Shown one piece after another: positions 37,450-47,379 of a stretch of DNA of 64,000 bases. The notes beneath the pieces are model-generated. The model searched no databases. It worked only from the letters and a program-made list of their open reading frames with translations, and was not told the origin of the DNA. A program made the translations under genes and the position numbers. Each line of letters begins with the position of its first letter. Position 1 is the first letter of the stretch. This DNA comes from Patescibacteria group bacterium. Its GTDB lineage: Bacteria > Patescibacteriota > Patescibacteriia > JAXHNJ01. Location of the stretch: NCBI GenBank assembly GCA_034520665.1, contig JAXHNJ010000002.1, positions 62,230 through 126,229 of the forward strand. The letters are read 5' to 3'.

Positions 37450-38334
37450 ATGTCAAATAAAAAAATAAAATTAATTATTATTTTAGGACCGACTGCTTCT
37501 GGCAAGTCTTCTCTAGGTATTTCTCTGGCTAAAAAAAACAATGGCATTATTATCTCAGCTGACTCCCGGCAGGTTTATAAAGGCATGGATATTGGTACGG
37601 CTAAAGTGACAAAAAAAGAAAGAAAAATAGTGCCCCATTTTTTACTGGATGTAGTTTCACCCAAAAAATATTATTCAGCAGCTCAGTTTAAAAAAGAAGC
37701 CTTAAAAGTAATTGATAAATATTCTTCACAAAAAAATATTTTTGTGGTTGGTGGTTCGCCTTTTTATATTGATAGTTTAATTTCTAAAAAAGAAACCTTT
37801 AATATCCCTCCTGATTATGATTTAAGAAAAAAATTAGAAAAGTTAAGTCCGGAAAAACTTTTTAAACGCTTAAAAAAACTTAATCCTAAAAAAGCCAAAA
37901 AAATAGATAAAAATAATCCTCGGCGCCTAATCAGAGCTATTGAAGTGGCTAAAGCCAAACCCAAATCTAAAAAAAATAAAACTCCTGAATTTAAGGTTCT
38001 AAAAATCGGTCTTTCTAGGCCCCGAGAAAAGCTTTATCAAAAAATTGATGAGCGGGTGGATAAAAGATTTAAGCAAGGCATGGTTAAAGAAGTGGAAGAT
38101 TTAAGAAAAAAAGGTCTTAGTTGGAAAAGACTGAATTCATTTGGTCTGGAATACCGATTTGTGGCTAAATATTTAAAGGGCCAGCTTAAAAAAGAAGAGA
38201 TGGTCCAAAAGTTAAAATACGCTATTCATGACTTTGTCCGGCGGCAAATGACCTGGTTTAGAAAAGATAAATCAATTCATTGGATTAAGAACCAAAAACA
38301 AGCCGAAAGTTTAATAAATAAATTTCTTAAATAA
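37450..38334 (+). CDS. miaA: tRNA dimethylallyltransferase
   Basis: 294 aa. P-loop GPTASGKS and ISADSRQVYKGMDIGTAK signature. Confidence 0.85.
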   Translation: MSNKKIKLIIILGPTASGKSSLGISLAKKNNGIIISADSRQVYKGMDIGTAKVTKKERKIVPHFLLDVVSPKKYYSAAQFKKEALKVIDKYSSQKNIFVVGGSPFYIDSLISKKETFNIPPDYDLRKKLEKLSPEKLFKRLKKLNPKKAKKIDKNNPRRLIRAIEVAKAKPKSKKNKTPEFKVLKIGLSRPREKLYQKIDERVDKRFKQGMVKEVEDLRKKGLSWKRLNSFGLEYRFVAKYLKGQLKKEEMVQKLKYAIHDFVRRQMTWFRKDKSIHWIKNQKQAESLINKFLK

Positions 38335-38375
38335 TAAAATAGGGCGAATCCTTGATCCGCCCTTTTATAAGGCTG

Positions 38376-38573
38376 TTACTTGTATATATACCTTATATTT
38401 CTTTTTTCTCCTTCTTTTCTTTCTTCATCTTTCTTTTTTTCAATTTCAGTTCTCTGGTCTGCCCCAGGATAACGACAATGAGGGCAACTATGACGCATCC
38501 TCCAGCCGCAACGGGGACAAATAGAGCTAATTCCTGGCATATTAAGGCCTCCTTTCAAAAAAAGAACAAACAA
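38376..38573 (-). CDS. Small zinc-ribbon protein (CPRCG...CPHC) with Lys/Glu tail, on high-GC island
   Basis: 65-aa ORF; the likely start is the internal MPGISSICPRCGW... Four Cys in two CxxC pairs. Confidence 0.3.
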   Translation of the reverse strand: MFVLFLKGGLNMPGISSICPRCGWRMRHSCPHCRYPGADQRTEIEKKKDEERKEGEKRNIRYIYK

Positions 38574-38851
38574 ATTACATAAAAAATAGGCCTTCTTTTT
38601 GGAAGGTCTAGTTTTATGTGCTTATTAACTAATTTATAGCTTTTTTACAACTTAACTAAAACCTTCCGCCAGATGAGGCCTTTTTTAGATTTTTTAACGG
38701 CTAATTTTCTAGAGTTAAATTCCATGAAAAGTATTTAATTAAGTTGTTAACAGTTTATATCATTTTTTTAAATCTGTCAAACTAATATCTTTTTTAAAAT
38801 AAAAAAGGGGCAAATCCAACAAACGTCAGATTGCCCCCTACAAAAAAACAA

Positions 38852-39046
38852 TCAGAGGTATGGTGCAATGTAAGTACACTCTCGCCATTCCCCTGTCGGA
38901 CAGGTTATGTTGATCGGGCAGCGAAGACACGCATCAGAACGATGCATGCGTGGACATAGTCCTTTTGGATCTGCGTTTCGCAGATAATAACGAAGTACTT
39001 CGTTATTATCCTCCTCACTTTTAATCTCAGTCGCGGCTTCATTCAT
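38852..39046 (-). CDS. Small cysteine-rich hypothetical protein on high-GC island
   Basis: 64 aa, 7 Cys. Immediately downstream of the pyrBI fusion. Confidence 0.25.
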   Translation of the reverse strand: MNEAATEIKSEEDNNEVLRYYLRNADPKGLCPRMHRSDACLRCPINITCPTGEWRECTYIAPYL

Positions 39047-39060
39047 TACCTTACCCCCAT

Positions 39061-40581
39061 CTATTTCCCAATTAGCGCGGGTAGATTGTGAATAGTCTCA
39101 CACCAGTAACAAATCGCTTTTTCGTCTCTGACCAAGAAACGGGTTTCGGCTTCCCCGTCATGGTTGGTGATACAATCACCGTTGTGACACTGGCAAAGAC
39201 CACAAATACCCTTGGCTGGTGCAAACTTCATTTTGGTCAGTATACCATCACCTCGAATATGATTGATGGTTGCATCAGGCGCTAACAAAGTAATCAAAGC
39301 ACCGGCTTCGTTTGAAATGAAATCACCGTGTACAACGATAATGTCCTTCTTACATCTCCGACCAGGAGAATCTACAAAGTCAGAAACCGGTACAGTCTGT
39401 TCCGAATTTACCCAGCCCGCTTTGCGAAGCAACGCCTTAATCATGTCACCAGCTCCGGCCGGTAAGTGGTCAATGACTGTTCCCCTTTCCGGACTACCTA
39501 TTGTCATTGTTCCGGGTTTTGTTCGGGCCGGCTTGTTCTCTTCGGAAAGAATTTCGACTTCGCCTCTGGAAAAACCTTGCACCGGCTTATGCTGAGTGGC
39601 CGCGATCCAGATTTCGTTCATCCTTTCTGGAATCCCGAGCCAGGCCTGCGCACTCATAACTAATCTGGGATCACGCCTGATCTCATCACTGATCTCCCCT
39701 CTTCTGGGGCCGGGGTGCATAATAATACAACCCTTTTTTGCCCGTTCAAGAAAAGCAAGATTAGTAATATAGACGCGCTGGATGCGATCGAAATCAGTTG
39801 GAACAGCAATTCTTTTCTGCTGAACACGGGTAAGATAGATAACATCGCAATCCAAAAGAAGTTCAAGATTACCTTCTTCTTCCCCCACAATATTTAGACC
39901 ATCCCGATAAGGCGACTCCAGTTCAAGACCGCCGAAGGGCACGAGGCTTACTTCCGGCTCAAAGGGTTTCAAAACACTCAGAATAGAATGAACCGTTCGG
40001 CCATACTTTAAGTCGCCGCCGATGCCGATTTTCATTCCTTTTTTGAGCTTACCGGAAATATCCAGAGTCAGAAGATCTAGGCGCCCCTGAGTCGGATGGC
40101 GATGCTTACCGTCACCAGCGTTGATCACTGAGATTTGATAGCCCATAGACTGTAGTTTTTCGGCCAGGAATTTCGGCTCGCCTTCTACCGAGGTTCGAAG
40201 GATATAAATCCCGGCTCCCTGAATCATATGCTGTTCTGCGTCATCCAACGGGCTTTCACCTTTACCGCCTCTCGAAGTCGCTGCCATGTGAATAACTACC
40301 GGATCTAAACCGAGATTTTTGGCCGCTCTGCGAAAAGAACCGGCGGTTCTGGTTGATTCTTCCAGAATTTGAATGATCACATTGGTCGGCGGTGTATTAC
40401 GAGTTATATTCCCGCTTACCAAGGCGCTGTCTTCAAACATCTTGATAGCCGGAGGAAAAGCTCCTCGATTAATCTTTCGATAGGCTTCAACAGCCACCGG
40501 CACCATGCTTCTGGCCCCCTCAAGAATCTCCTGTACCTCTTCCATGGTATAGTCAGGTTTTCCCAGAATACTTGTTGTCAT
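39061..40581 (-). CDS. pyrBI: Aspartate carbamoyltransferase catalytic chain fused to regulatory chain (PyrB-PyrI fusion)
   Basis: 506 aa. STRTAGSF (STRTR), HPTQ and HPGP motifs of ATCase in the first ~330 aa. The C-terminal ~150 aa has the PyrI-like pattern with a Cys4 zinc site (CGLCQCHNGDC...CYWC). GC clearly elevated. Confidence 0.65.
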   Translation of the reverse strand: MTTSILGKPDYTMEEVQEILEGARSMVPVAVEAYRKINRGAFPPAIKMFEDSALVSGNITRNTPPTNVIIQILEESTRTAGSFRRAAKNLGLDPVVIHMAATSRGGKGESPLDDAEQHMIQGAGIYILRTSVEGEPKFLAEKLQSMGYQISVINAGDGKHRHPTQGRLDLLTLDISGKLKKGMKIGIGGDLKYGRTVHSILSVLKPFEPEVSLVPFGGLELESPYRDGLNIVGEEEGNLELLLDCDVIYLTRVQQKRIAVPTDFDRIQRVYITNLAFLERAKKGCIIMHPGPRRGEISDEIRRDPRLVMSAQAWLGIPERMNEIWIAATQHKPVQGFSRGEVEILSEENKPARTKPGTMTIGSPERGTVIDHLPAGAGDMIKALLRKAGWVNSEQTVPVSDFVDSPGRRCKKDIIVVHGDFISNEAGALITLLAPDATINHIRGDGILTKMKFAPAKGICGLCQCHNGDCITNHDGEAETRFLVRDEKAICYWCETIHNLPALIGK

Positions 40582-40838
40582 CTCCGAACCTCCTTCTTTT
40601 GCTACAGAAACTAATTAATTTTTAAAGAACGAATTTATAAAAAAATAGCCCCGATAACGGAGCTAAAAACTTAAAAAAATAGGAGGCTTACCTCCCAATT
40701 TGTTTTCTTTAATTTAGTTTTTTTATTAAAAAACTTTTTCATTCTAGTCGGTAGCCTACCCTTATCGGCTTTTTCTGTCAAGTTTGAAGTTTTCCACAAC
40801 AAAAAAGTTCAGCTAAAAACTGCTTAGTGTAAATACTA

Positions 40839-42332
40839 TTATTTTAACTTATGGATTAAAAGCTGCCTGACTACTTTATGATCAGCCTGCCCTTTAGTTT
40901 TTTTCATTACCTGCCCCAAAAGAAACTTTAAAGCCGCTTCTTTACCGTTTAAATATTCCTGGACAGCTGATTGATTTTCTTCAATAACTTCATCAATAAC
41001 CGAAGATAATTTATCTTCGTCTTCTATAGTACCAAGATTTTTCTCTTCAATAATATTAGAAGGATCACCGCCGGTTTTAAACATCTCTTCCAATACTTTA
41101 TTTGCTCCGTGTTTATTAACTCTCTGGTTATAAACAATTTTAATAAATTCAGCAAAGTTTTCCGGAGTTATTTTTAAATCTTTAACTTTTACATTACTCT
41201 CATGCATTAAAGCTAATAGACGATTAATCAGCCAGTTAGCTACTAAGTGACTGAATTTTTCTTTATTCTGCTCCCACTGATAAAGCCCTTCATCAGTGGA
41301 AGACTCAGCTTGCAGCCAGTTTTTTAGCTCTGTGATAATGCATTCGGTATAGCCAGCTAAATCCAAATCACTAACAATTATTTTGATATCTTTATCTTTA
41401 AAAAAGAATTTTTCTGAAAATCTCTTTCTTTTGTCTGTTGGCATCTCCGGCATTTTACTTTTTATTTTATTTAAATACTTATCAGTAAATTCCAAGGGTG
41501 GTAAATCCGGTTCCGGGAAATAGCGGTAATCATGGACTGCTTCTTTTATTCTCTGTAAGATAGTGACTTGTTTTTTATCATCCCAGCCGCGCGTTGATTG
41601 ATTTTTAGGGGCTTTTTTTTCATCCCAAAGACTGGTTTGTCTTTTAATTTCATAACTCAAAGCTTTTTCTACTGATTTAAAAGAATTAAGATTTTTTATT
41701 TCTGTTTTTGGGTAAAGTTTTTTATCGCCCTCAAAACGTAAAGATATATTAGCATCACAGCGCATATGCCCTTTTTCCATATCGGCGTCTGAAACCCCTA
41801 GGTATCGCATAATTAGCCTTAACTCTTGTAAAAATATTCTGGCCTCTTCAGGTGATTTTATATCCGGTTCAGTCACAATTTCCATTAAAGGACTGCCAGC
41901 CCGGTTAAAATCAACTAAAGTTTTTTCTTTTTGGTGAATTAACTTGCCAGTGTCCTCCTCTAAATGCAGTCTTTCCAGTCTGATTTTTCTTTTCTCACCC
42001 CTTAATTTAATCTGTAAAAAACCCCCTTTGCCAATCGGCTCGGAGTACTGTGAAATTTGGTAGCCTTTAGGCAGGTCCGGATAAAAATAACTTTTCCGGT
42101 CAAAATGGCTTTTTTCTGATATTTGGCCCTGTAAAGCCAGAGCTGACATAACCGCCCAATCAACCGCTTTTTGATTGATAACCGGTAAAGTGCCGGGCTG
42201 ACCGGTGCAAATAGGACAAATGGTGGTGTTTGGTTTTTTATCTTCCCCGGCGTTATCACACGAACAAAACATCTTAGACTGGGTGCTAAGCTGAACATGT
42301 ATTTCTAAACCGATAATGGCCTGGTATTTCAT
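40839..42332 (-). CDS. gatB: Asp-tRNA(Asn)/Glu-tRNA(Gln) amidotransferase subunit B
   Basis: 497 aa. N-terminal IGLEIHVQL...CSC signature and C-terminal YqeY-like domain. Confidence 0.85.
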   Translation of the reverse strand: MKYQAIIGLEIHVQLSTQSKMFCSCDNAGEDKKPNTTICPICTGQPGTLPVINQKAVDWAVMSALALQGQISEKSHFDRKSYFYPDLPKGYQISQYSEPIGKGGFLQIKLRGEKRKIRLERLHLEEDTGKLIHQKEKTLVDFNRAGSPLMEIVTEPDIKSPEEARIFLQELRLIMRYLGVSDADMEKGHMRCDANISLRFEGDKKLYPKTEIKNLNSFKSVEKALSYEIKRQTSLWDEKKAPKNQSTRGWDDKKQVTILQRIKEAVHDYRYFPEPDLPPLEFTDKYLNKIKSKMPEMPTDKRKRFSEKFFFKDKDIKIIVSDLDLAGYTECIITELKNWLQAESSTDEGLYQWEQNKEKFSHLVANWLINRLLALMHESNVKVKDLKITPENFAEFIKIVYNQRVNKHGANKVLEEMFKTGGDPSNIIEEKNLGTIEDEDKLSSVIDEVIEENQSAVQEYLNGKEAALKFLLGQVMKKTKGQADHKVVRQLLIHKLK

Positions 42333-42337
42333 ATTTA

Positions 42338-42994
42338 TTAAATAATTTTTTTAATCTCCTGCCAAACATTCTGATGAATTACTTCCGGCGGCATTAATTT
42401 ACCTTTTTCAACACACTTAATTTTTTTCCAATTCCTAAATTTATTCGTTAAATTTATACATTGCTTATAAGCCTGCTTCTGATGTTCGTCATCGGTCTCA
42501 TGCATATCTCTTTTACCCCTTGAAATCATTAGCCTCTTAGTAATTTTGGGCGGCGTATCAAGAAAAATTATAAGGTCAGGTTTTGGAATATCTAATATTT
42601 GAAATTCCATTTTATTAAGCCATTTATAAAATTTCTCTTTATCAGCCTTATTTTTAATTTTTATCGCCTGGTGAATCTTATTGGCCGGAGAATAACGGTC
42701 AGAAATAACAATCTTTCCTTCCTCTAAATGCTTTTTTATTTCTTTTTTAGCTTCAAACCGATCTAAGGCATAAAGTAGAGAAATCAGATGTGGATCAGTA
42801 TTATTCGTCTGACCAAAATCACCTTTTAAGTATCGTCTGATCATTTTGCCAAAAAAAGATTTTTCATACTGAGGAAAATCAGTCAAATAGATCCTTTTTT
42901 TTATTTTCTGCAAATGTTCAAGTAACTTCTTTATTTGCGTTGATTTGCCTGAACCGTCAATGCCGTCAACTATAATTAATTTTCCCTTTTTCAT
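42338..42994 (-). CDS. tmk: Thymidylate kinase
   Basis: 218 aa. P-loop IVDGIDGSGKSTQ, DRY motif (ISDRYSPAN), size typical of Tmk. Confidence 0.65.
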   Translation of the reverse strand: MKKGKLIIVDGIDGSGKSTQIKKLLEHLQKIKKRIYLTDFPQYEKSFFGKMIRRYLKGDFGQTNNTDPHLISLLYALDRFEAKKEIKKHLEEGKIVISDRYSPANKIHQAIKIKNKADKEKFYKWLNKMEFQILDIPKPDLIIFLDTPPKITKRLMISRGKRDMHETDDEHQKQAYKQCINLTNKFRNWKKIKCVEKGKLMPPEVIHQNVWQEIKKII

Positions 42995-43061
42995 AAATTT
43001 ATTTTACCACAAAAATTAGCAAAAAAAAAGCCCCGTTATTAAAACGTGGCTTTTAAGAACA

Positions 43062-43901
43062 TTACTTATAACCCTCAAAATATTTGGCTCTACTGGGATG
43101 TCTAAGGCGAGAAATTGCTTTTACTTTTATCTGCCTTATTCTTTCTTCTGTTAATCCAATTTTTATTCCAATTTCTTTAAGAGTTAAAGGTTTATTACCA
43201 TTAAAGCCAAAATAAAATTTTAGTACAAATTTTTCATTATCTGTTAAAGAATCAATCGCTTTATCAATATATTCTGATAAAACCCTACGATAAGTCATTT
43301 CGTCAGGTGGTAAATTTTTTTTATCTACAATATAATTAATGAGAGGCTCATCTTCATCATCTAATAAAAAATTTAAAGAAAAGGATTTTTTATTCCTTAT
43401 TAATTTAGCAACTTTTTCTGTGGAAAGTTCAAGCCTTTCAGCAATTTCATCAATTTCAGGTATTCGATCAAGTTCTTGACTAAGTTCTCGAGAAAGTTTC
43501 TTGATTTTAAAAATATCATTAACTATATTGGCTGGTAAACGGATCATACGAGATTTATCACGAAGACTCATGATTATATTTCCTTTAATATAAAAATAAG
43601 AAAAGGAAGTAAATTTATAACCAAGCCTTTCATCAAATTTTCTAGCTGCTTCAATTAAACCTAAATTACCTTCACTAATAAGATCGGCTAAATCAACCCC
43701 ATAATTTGTGTAACTTTTGGCAATTTTAACAACCCAACGTAAATTACTCTTTATCAACTTATCAAAGGCATAAGTAGATCCCTCTCTCTTTTTTTTGGTA
43801 ACTATTTTTTCTTCTTTAGGTGTAAGAAGCGAAAATTTCCTTATTTCAATTAAATAGCGATCCAAGGAAGGGCTATTACAATTAATTTCTTTAATGGGCA
43901 T
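43062..43901 (-). CDS. RNA polymerase sigma-70 family factor (regions 2-4), paralog 1
   Basis: 279 aa. Region 2 (NLRWVVKIAKSY...DLISEGNLGLIEAARKFD) and region 4 HTH (LTLKEIGIKIGLTEERIRQIKVKAISRLR). Confidence 0.75.
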   Translation of the reverse strand: MPIKEINCNSPSLDRYLIEIRKFSLLTPKEEKIVTKKKREGSTYAFDKLIKSNLRWVVKIAKSYTNYGVDLADLISEGNLGLIEAARKFDERLGYKFTSFSYFYIKGNIIMSLRDKSRMIRLPANIVNDIFKIKKLSRELSQELDRIPEIDEIAERLELSTEKVAKLIRNKKSFSLNFLLDDEDEPLINYIVDKKNLPPDEMTYRRVLSEYIDKAIDSLTDNEKFVLKFYFGFNGNKPLTLKEIGIKIGLTEERIRQIKVKAISRLRHPSRAKYFEGYK

Positions 43902-44034
43902 TTTTCCTCCTAATTTTATTTTAAATGAGCAATTTAAATTATTTTACAAAAATAAGCGAAATTGTCAAGGACTTTAAAAAAATAAGTAGCTCTACTTAAT
44001 TAGTAGAACTACTTCTTGATAATTTTATAAAATA

Positions 44035-44916
44035 CTACTTATAATCATTTAGAGATTCTTTTTTAGAATTACATCTTATTTTCCTAATTGCTGTTTCTTT
44101 TATCTGCCTTATTCTCTCACGAGTAAGGCCAAATTTTCTTCCAATTTCTTTAAGAGTTAGAGGTTCGTTACCATTAAAGCCAAAATAAAGAATAAAAATT
44201 TCTTTCTCTCTTTTGCTTAACGTATCTAGAATTTTTTCAAGATCGTTAAATAAGGAATTCCTATATAACTCTTTATCAGAAGGATCTCCATTTTCATCAA
44301 CCATTAAACTAATCCAATCAGATTTTTCACCCACGCCATTTTTATTAGCTGAGGCATTTAGAGAAAGATGGGAGTTAGCAATTTTCATAGTTTTTCTAAT
44401 TTCTTCAATGGGAAGATCAAGTTTTTCCGCAATTTCATCAGCATCTGGTTCTCGCCCTAATTCCTGATTTAGCTGTCGTGATACCTTACTAATTTGATAA
44501 AGCGTGTTTGCTCGATTAAGAGGTAAGCGAACTATACGAGATTGTTCAGCTAATGCTTGTAATATAACTTGACGTATCCACCAAACAGCATAAGAAATAA
44601 ATTTGTAGCCACGTGTTTCATCAAAATGTTCAGCTGCTTTAATCAAGCCTATATTACCTTCACCAATAAGATCACCTAGTAAAAGCCCTTGATTTACATA
44701 TCTTTTAGCAATTGAAACTACAAAACGTAAATTAGCCTTTACAAGTTTATCTAAGGCCTCCTTATCTCCTTCATGAATTTTTTTTGCTAATTCAGCTTCC
44801 TCACTTTTATCTAAAATTCTATACTTATCAATTTCTTCCAAATAAGTCTTAAGACTTCCTTTAAACATTTTTTCTCCTTTTTTTGTATTTTTAGAAATAT
44901 TCCAAAAATTAATCAA
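44035..44916 (-). CDS. RNA polymerase sigma-70 family factor, paralog 2
   Basis: 293 aa. NLRFVVSIAKRYVNQG...GNIGLIKAAEHFD and LTLKEIGRKFGLTRERIRQI. About 70% identical to paralog 3. Confidence 0.75.
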   Translation of the reverse strand: MINFWNISKNTKKGEKMFKGSLKTYLEEIDKYRILDKSEEAELAKKIHEGDKEALDKLVKANLRFVVSIAKRYVNQGLLLGDLIGEGNIGLIKAAEHFDETRGYKFISYAVWWIRQVILQALAEQSRIVRLPLNRANTLYQISKVSRQLNQELGREPDADEIAEKLDLPIEEIRKTMKIANSHLSLNASANKNGVGEKSDWISLMVDENGDPSDKELYRNSLFNDLEKILDTLSKREKEIFILYFGFNGNEPLTLKEIGRKFGLTRERIRQIKETAIRKIRCNSKKESLNDYK

Positions 44917-45012
44917 GATATAAGGAACTTAACAGTATAAACTTACATTATAACAAAAATATGTCAAGTCTTATAAAAAACCCCCGTTTTTAATAAACAG
45001 GGGCTATAAATA

Positions 45013-45885
45013 TCAATTTATATCCTCTAAATAAGGTCTAAGAAATTCCTTACGAGTAGCCTGTCTTAGACGCAAAATAGCTTTTTCTTTAATCTGCCGG
45101 ATACGTTCGCGGGTTAGATCCATCTTTCGTCCAATTTCTTCCAGAGTCAAAGGTTCTTGCCCACCTAGACCAAAATACATGATAATGATGGCTTTTTCTC
45201 TTTCTTTTAGAGTTTTTAAAACTTTTTCCATATCTTTGGAAAGAGAATTTCTGTAAGTTTTTTTGTCTGGTAAAGGCGTATTTTCATCTTCCAGTAACTC
45301 ACTCAAATTGTTCTCTTCTGAATCGTTGTTGTAAGAAGCATCAAAAGAAAGATGACTATTGGCAATTTTCTGAGTCTCTCTAACTTCATCAACTGAAATA
45401 CCCAGTTTTTCCGCTATTTCATCGGCCTCTGGCTTTCTTTGCAATTCCTGATCCAGCTGGCGGGAAATTTTCCCAATCTGATAAACTTTACCCGCCCGAT
45501 TTAAAGGCAAGCGTACAATACGAGACTGTTCCGCTAAGGCTTGCAGTATGGCCTGTCTGATCCACCAAACAGCATAGGAAATAAACTTAAAACCGCGTTT
45601 TTCATCAAAGCGTCCGGCCGCTTTAATTAATCCAATATTTCCTTCATTAATCAGATCTGCCAGAGAAAGTCCCTGGTTAACATAATTCTTAGCCACACTA
45701 ATGACAAAACGAAGGTTAGCTTTAATGAACTTATGAAAAGCTTCTTCATCTCCTTTCCTTATCTTTTTGGCTAATTCTTTTTCCTCTTCCCGCTTAATAA
45801 GAGGAATGTCATTAATCTCCTTCAGATAGATATCCAAGCTTCTAGAGCCCGACCATTTTTTAGAAGACATGTCTCCTCCTTTCAC
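45013..45885 (-). CDS. RNA polymerase sigma-70 family factor, paralog 3
   Basis: 290 aa. Same regions 2, 3 and 4 as paralog 2. Confidence 0.75.
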   Translation of the reverse strand: MKGGDMSSKKWSGSRSLDIYLKEINDIPLIKREEEKELAKKIRKGDEEAFHKFIKANLRFVISVAKNYVNQGLSLADLINEGNIGLIKAAGRFDEKRGFKFISYAVWWIRQAILQALAEQSRIVRLPLNRAGKVYQIGKISRQLDQELQRKPEADEIAEKLGISVDEVRETQKIANSHLSFDASYNNDSEENNLSELLEDENTPLPDKKTYRNSLSKDMEKVLKTLKEREKAIIIMYFGLGGQEPLTLEEIGRKMDLTRERIRQIKEKAILRLRQATRKEFLRPYLEDIN

Positions 45886-45996
45886 GGTGGGGTTTAAAGA
45901 GCTAGGTCCTTATTTAAGACCTTATATTTTAAAACTACAATATAATCATAAAAAAAGTCAAGCCAAAAATTAATGACCTGAATTTTTAGAAAAAAT

Positions 45997-47373
45997 CTAT
46001 TTTTTAAACTGTATATATTTTACTAAAAGCGGATGTTTATTTTTAATTAAATCATACATCTGGTTAGCTATTTGCTGAATAGTAAAATGGGCGTTAGGAG
46101 CGCTTCTGAGCTTTATAAAATGATAAAGAGTGCGCAAATTTAAAGTAATAAAAACCCGGCGCTTGTGAGCATTCAAAGCAAAATAACTAGCCTCAGCTAT
46201 AAAATCTTCTTTTAAGTTATTATAAGCTTCTTCAGATTTTTCTATAGAGTCAAGAAATCTTTTATTCAATTTCTTATTTTCCTTAATTATCGGAGGAGTA
46301 ACATAGCCATTATTTATAGTTAAATCCTGGACAGTCTGAGTGCATATGCGGTGCCGCTTAAATTCATAATAAGCCCCTTCATCCATCAGACAATCAAAAT
46401 TATAATAAACATGCTCTAACTCACGCAGGGGTATATCATGATTGCCTAGACGTTTTAAACTTTCTTCAATAACTTTATTCTTTTCTTTTTCAGACATAGC
46501 TTTAACTTTTTCCTGGGTTTCTAAAAAAGACTGCTCACAATATCTATACAAAAGAGCACTAACTAAAAACTCTTCCGCATTTTCCTGATAATCTACTAAA
46601 ACAACTTCTGAGGCATCATCACTTTTGTTGGAACAGTGTTTTTGACTTAATTTTCTTAAAGTCTTTTCAGTTTCCATCATATAAATATTGGGCTGGGCGT
46701 ATTTAACCAAAGTGGGTAAAGCTCCTTCACTGACCCTTTTTATATCTTTACCCAAATTTTGTACCTCTTCTAAGGGATGAGAAAGCATCTTGGAAATAGC
46801 GTGTTCCAGACAACGGGCATTCATAGTCATACCCACATTAGCCAGCATAGCTACCGGCATAATAAAACGGGCACTGTCTAAAGCCACCGGGCGCAATCTT
46901 CTTTCAAATTTCTCATCTGTTTCATCAATGGTTTTTTTATTTTGTTTTTTTAAATGCTCTAAAACCTCTTTATAAAGAGAAAGGTAATTTTTTATAAGAA
47001 ATTTCATTGATTCTTTATAGTAGTCCCCCAGCTTAGAATTAGCCATATTATCAGGAAAATAAAAATCATCAGAATTAAAAATCTGATAACGTGAAGATTT
47101 TTCCGTATAAGAAGCCAGGCGGTTATTTTCTAAAACCTCGCCGGCTAAACGAGAAATATTTTCGACCGCAATATTTAAAACCGCGTGCTCAGCTACTGAA
47201 GAATGACCGTAACCGACCACCCATTTTTCATGAAACTCAGCTGATTTTTCTTCAGTCATATCATCAGCAATTTCATCAAACTTTTTCGGTGATCTTGAGC
47301 AACGGGCAAAAGTAACCGCTTTTACCTCCGGCGGCAAATCCCTTAAAGTATAAACTCTTCTTTGATTAGACAT
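45997..47373 (-). CDS. thyX: ThyX-like FAD-dependent thymidylate synthase, tandem-domain form
   Basis: 458 aa. N-half has the ThyX block GYGHSSVAEHAVLNIAVENISRLA...SSRY but lacks RHR. The RHR motif (EFKRHRICTQT) occurs in the C-half. This suggests a fused pseudo-dimer. Confidence 0.5.
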   Translation of the reverse strand: MSNQRRVYTLRDLPPEVKAVTFARCSRSPKKFDEIADDMTEEKSAEFHEKWVVGYGHSSVAEHAVLNIAVENISRLAGEVLENNRLASYTEKSSRYQIFNSDDFYFPDNMANSKLGDYYKESMKFLIKNYLSLYKEVLEHLKKQNKKTIDETDEKFERRLRPVALDSARFIMPVAMLANVGMTMNARCLEHAISKMLSHPLEEVQNLGKDIKRVSEGALPTLVKYAQPNIYMMETEKTLRKLSQKHCSNKSDDASEVVLVDYQENAEEFLVSALLYRYCEQSFLETQEKVKAMSEKEKNKVIEESLKRLGNHDIPLRELEHVYYNFDCLMDEGAYYEFKRHRICTQTVQDLTINNGYVTPPIIKENKKLNKRFLDSIEKSEEAYNNLKEDFIAEASYFALNAHKRRVFITLNLRTLYHFIKLRSAPNAHFTIQQIANQMYDLIKNKHPLLVKYIQFKK

Positions 47374-47379
47374 AATATT

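Noticed and set aside
38352-38582. 76-aa plus-strand ORF overlapping the zinc-ribbon ORF
   Set aside because: It is the mirror frame of the minus-strand CxxC ORF. The minus strand gives the motif-bearing product, and the plus frame is Phe/Ser low-complexity.
39088-39890. Plus- and minus-strand 60-110 aa ORFs inside the pyrBI gene
   Set aside because: Open frames are expected by chance in the high-GC island. All are embedded in a long motif-rich ORF.
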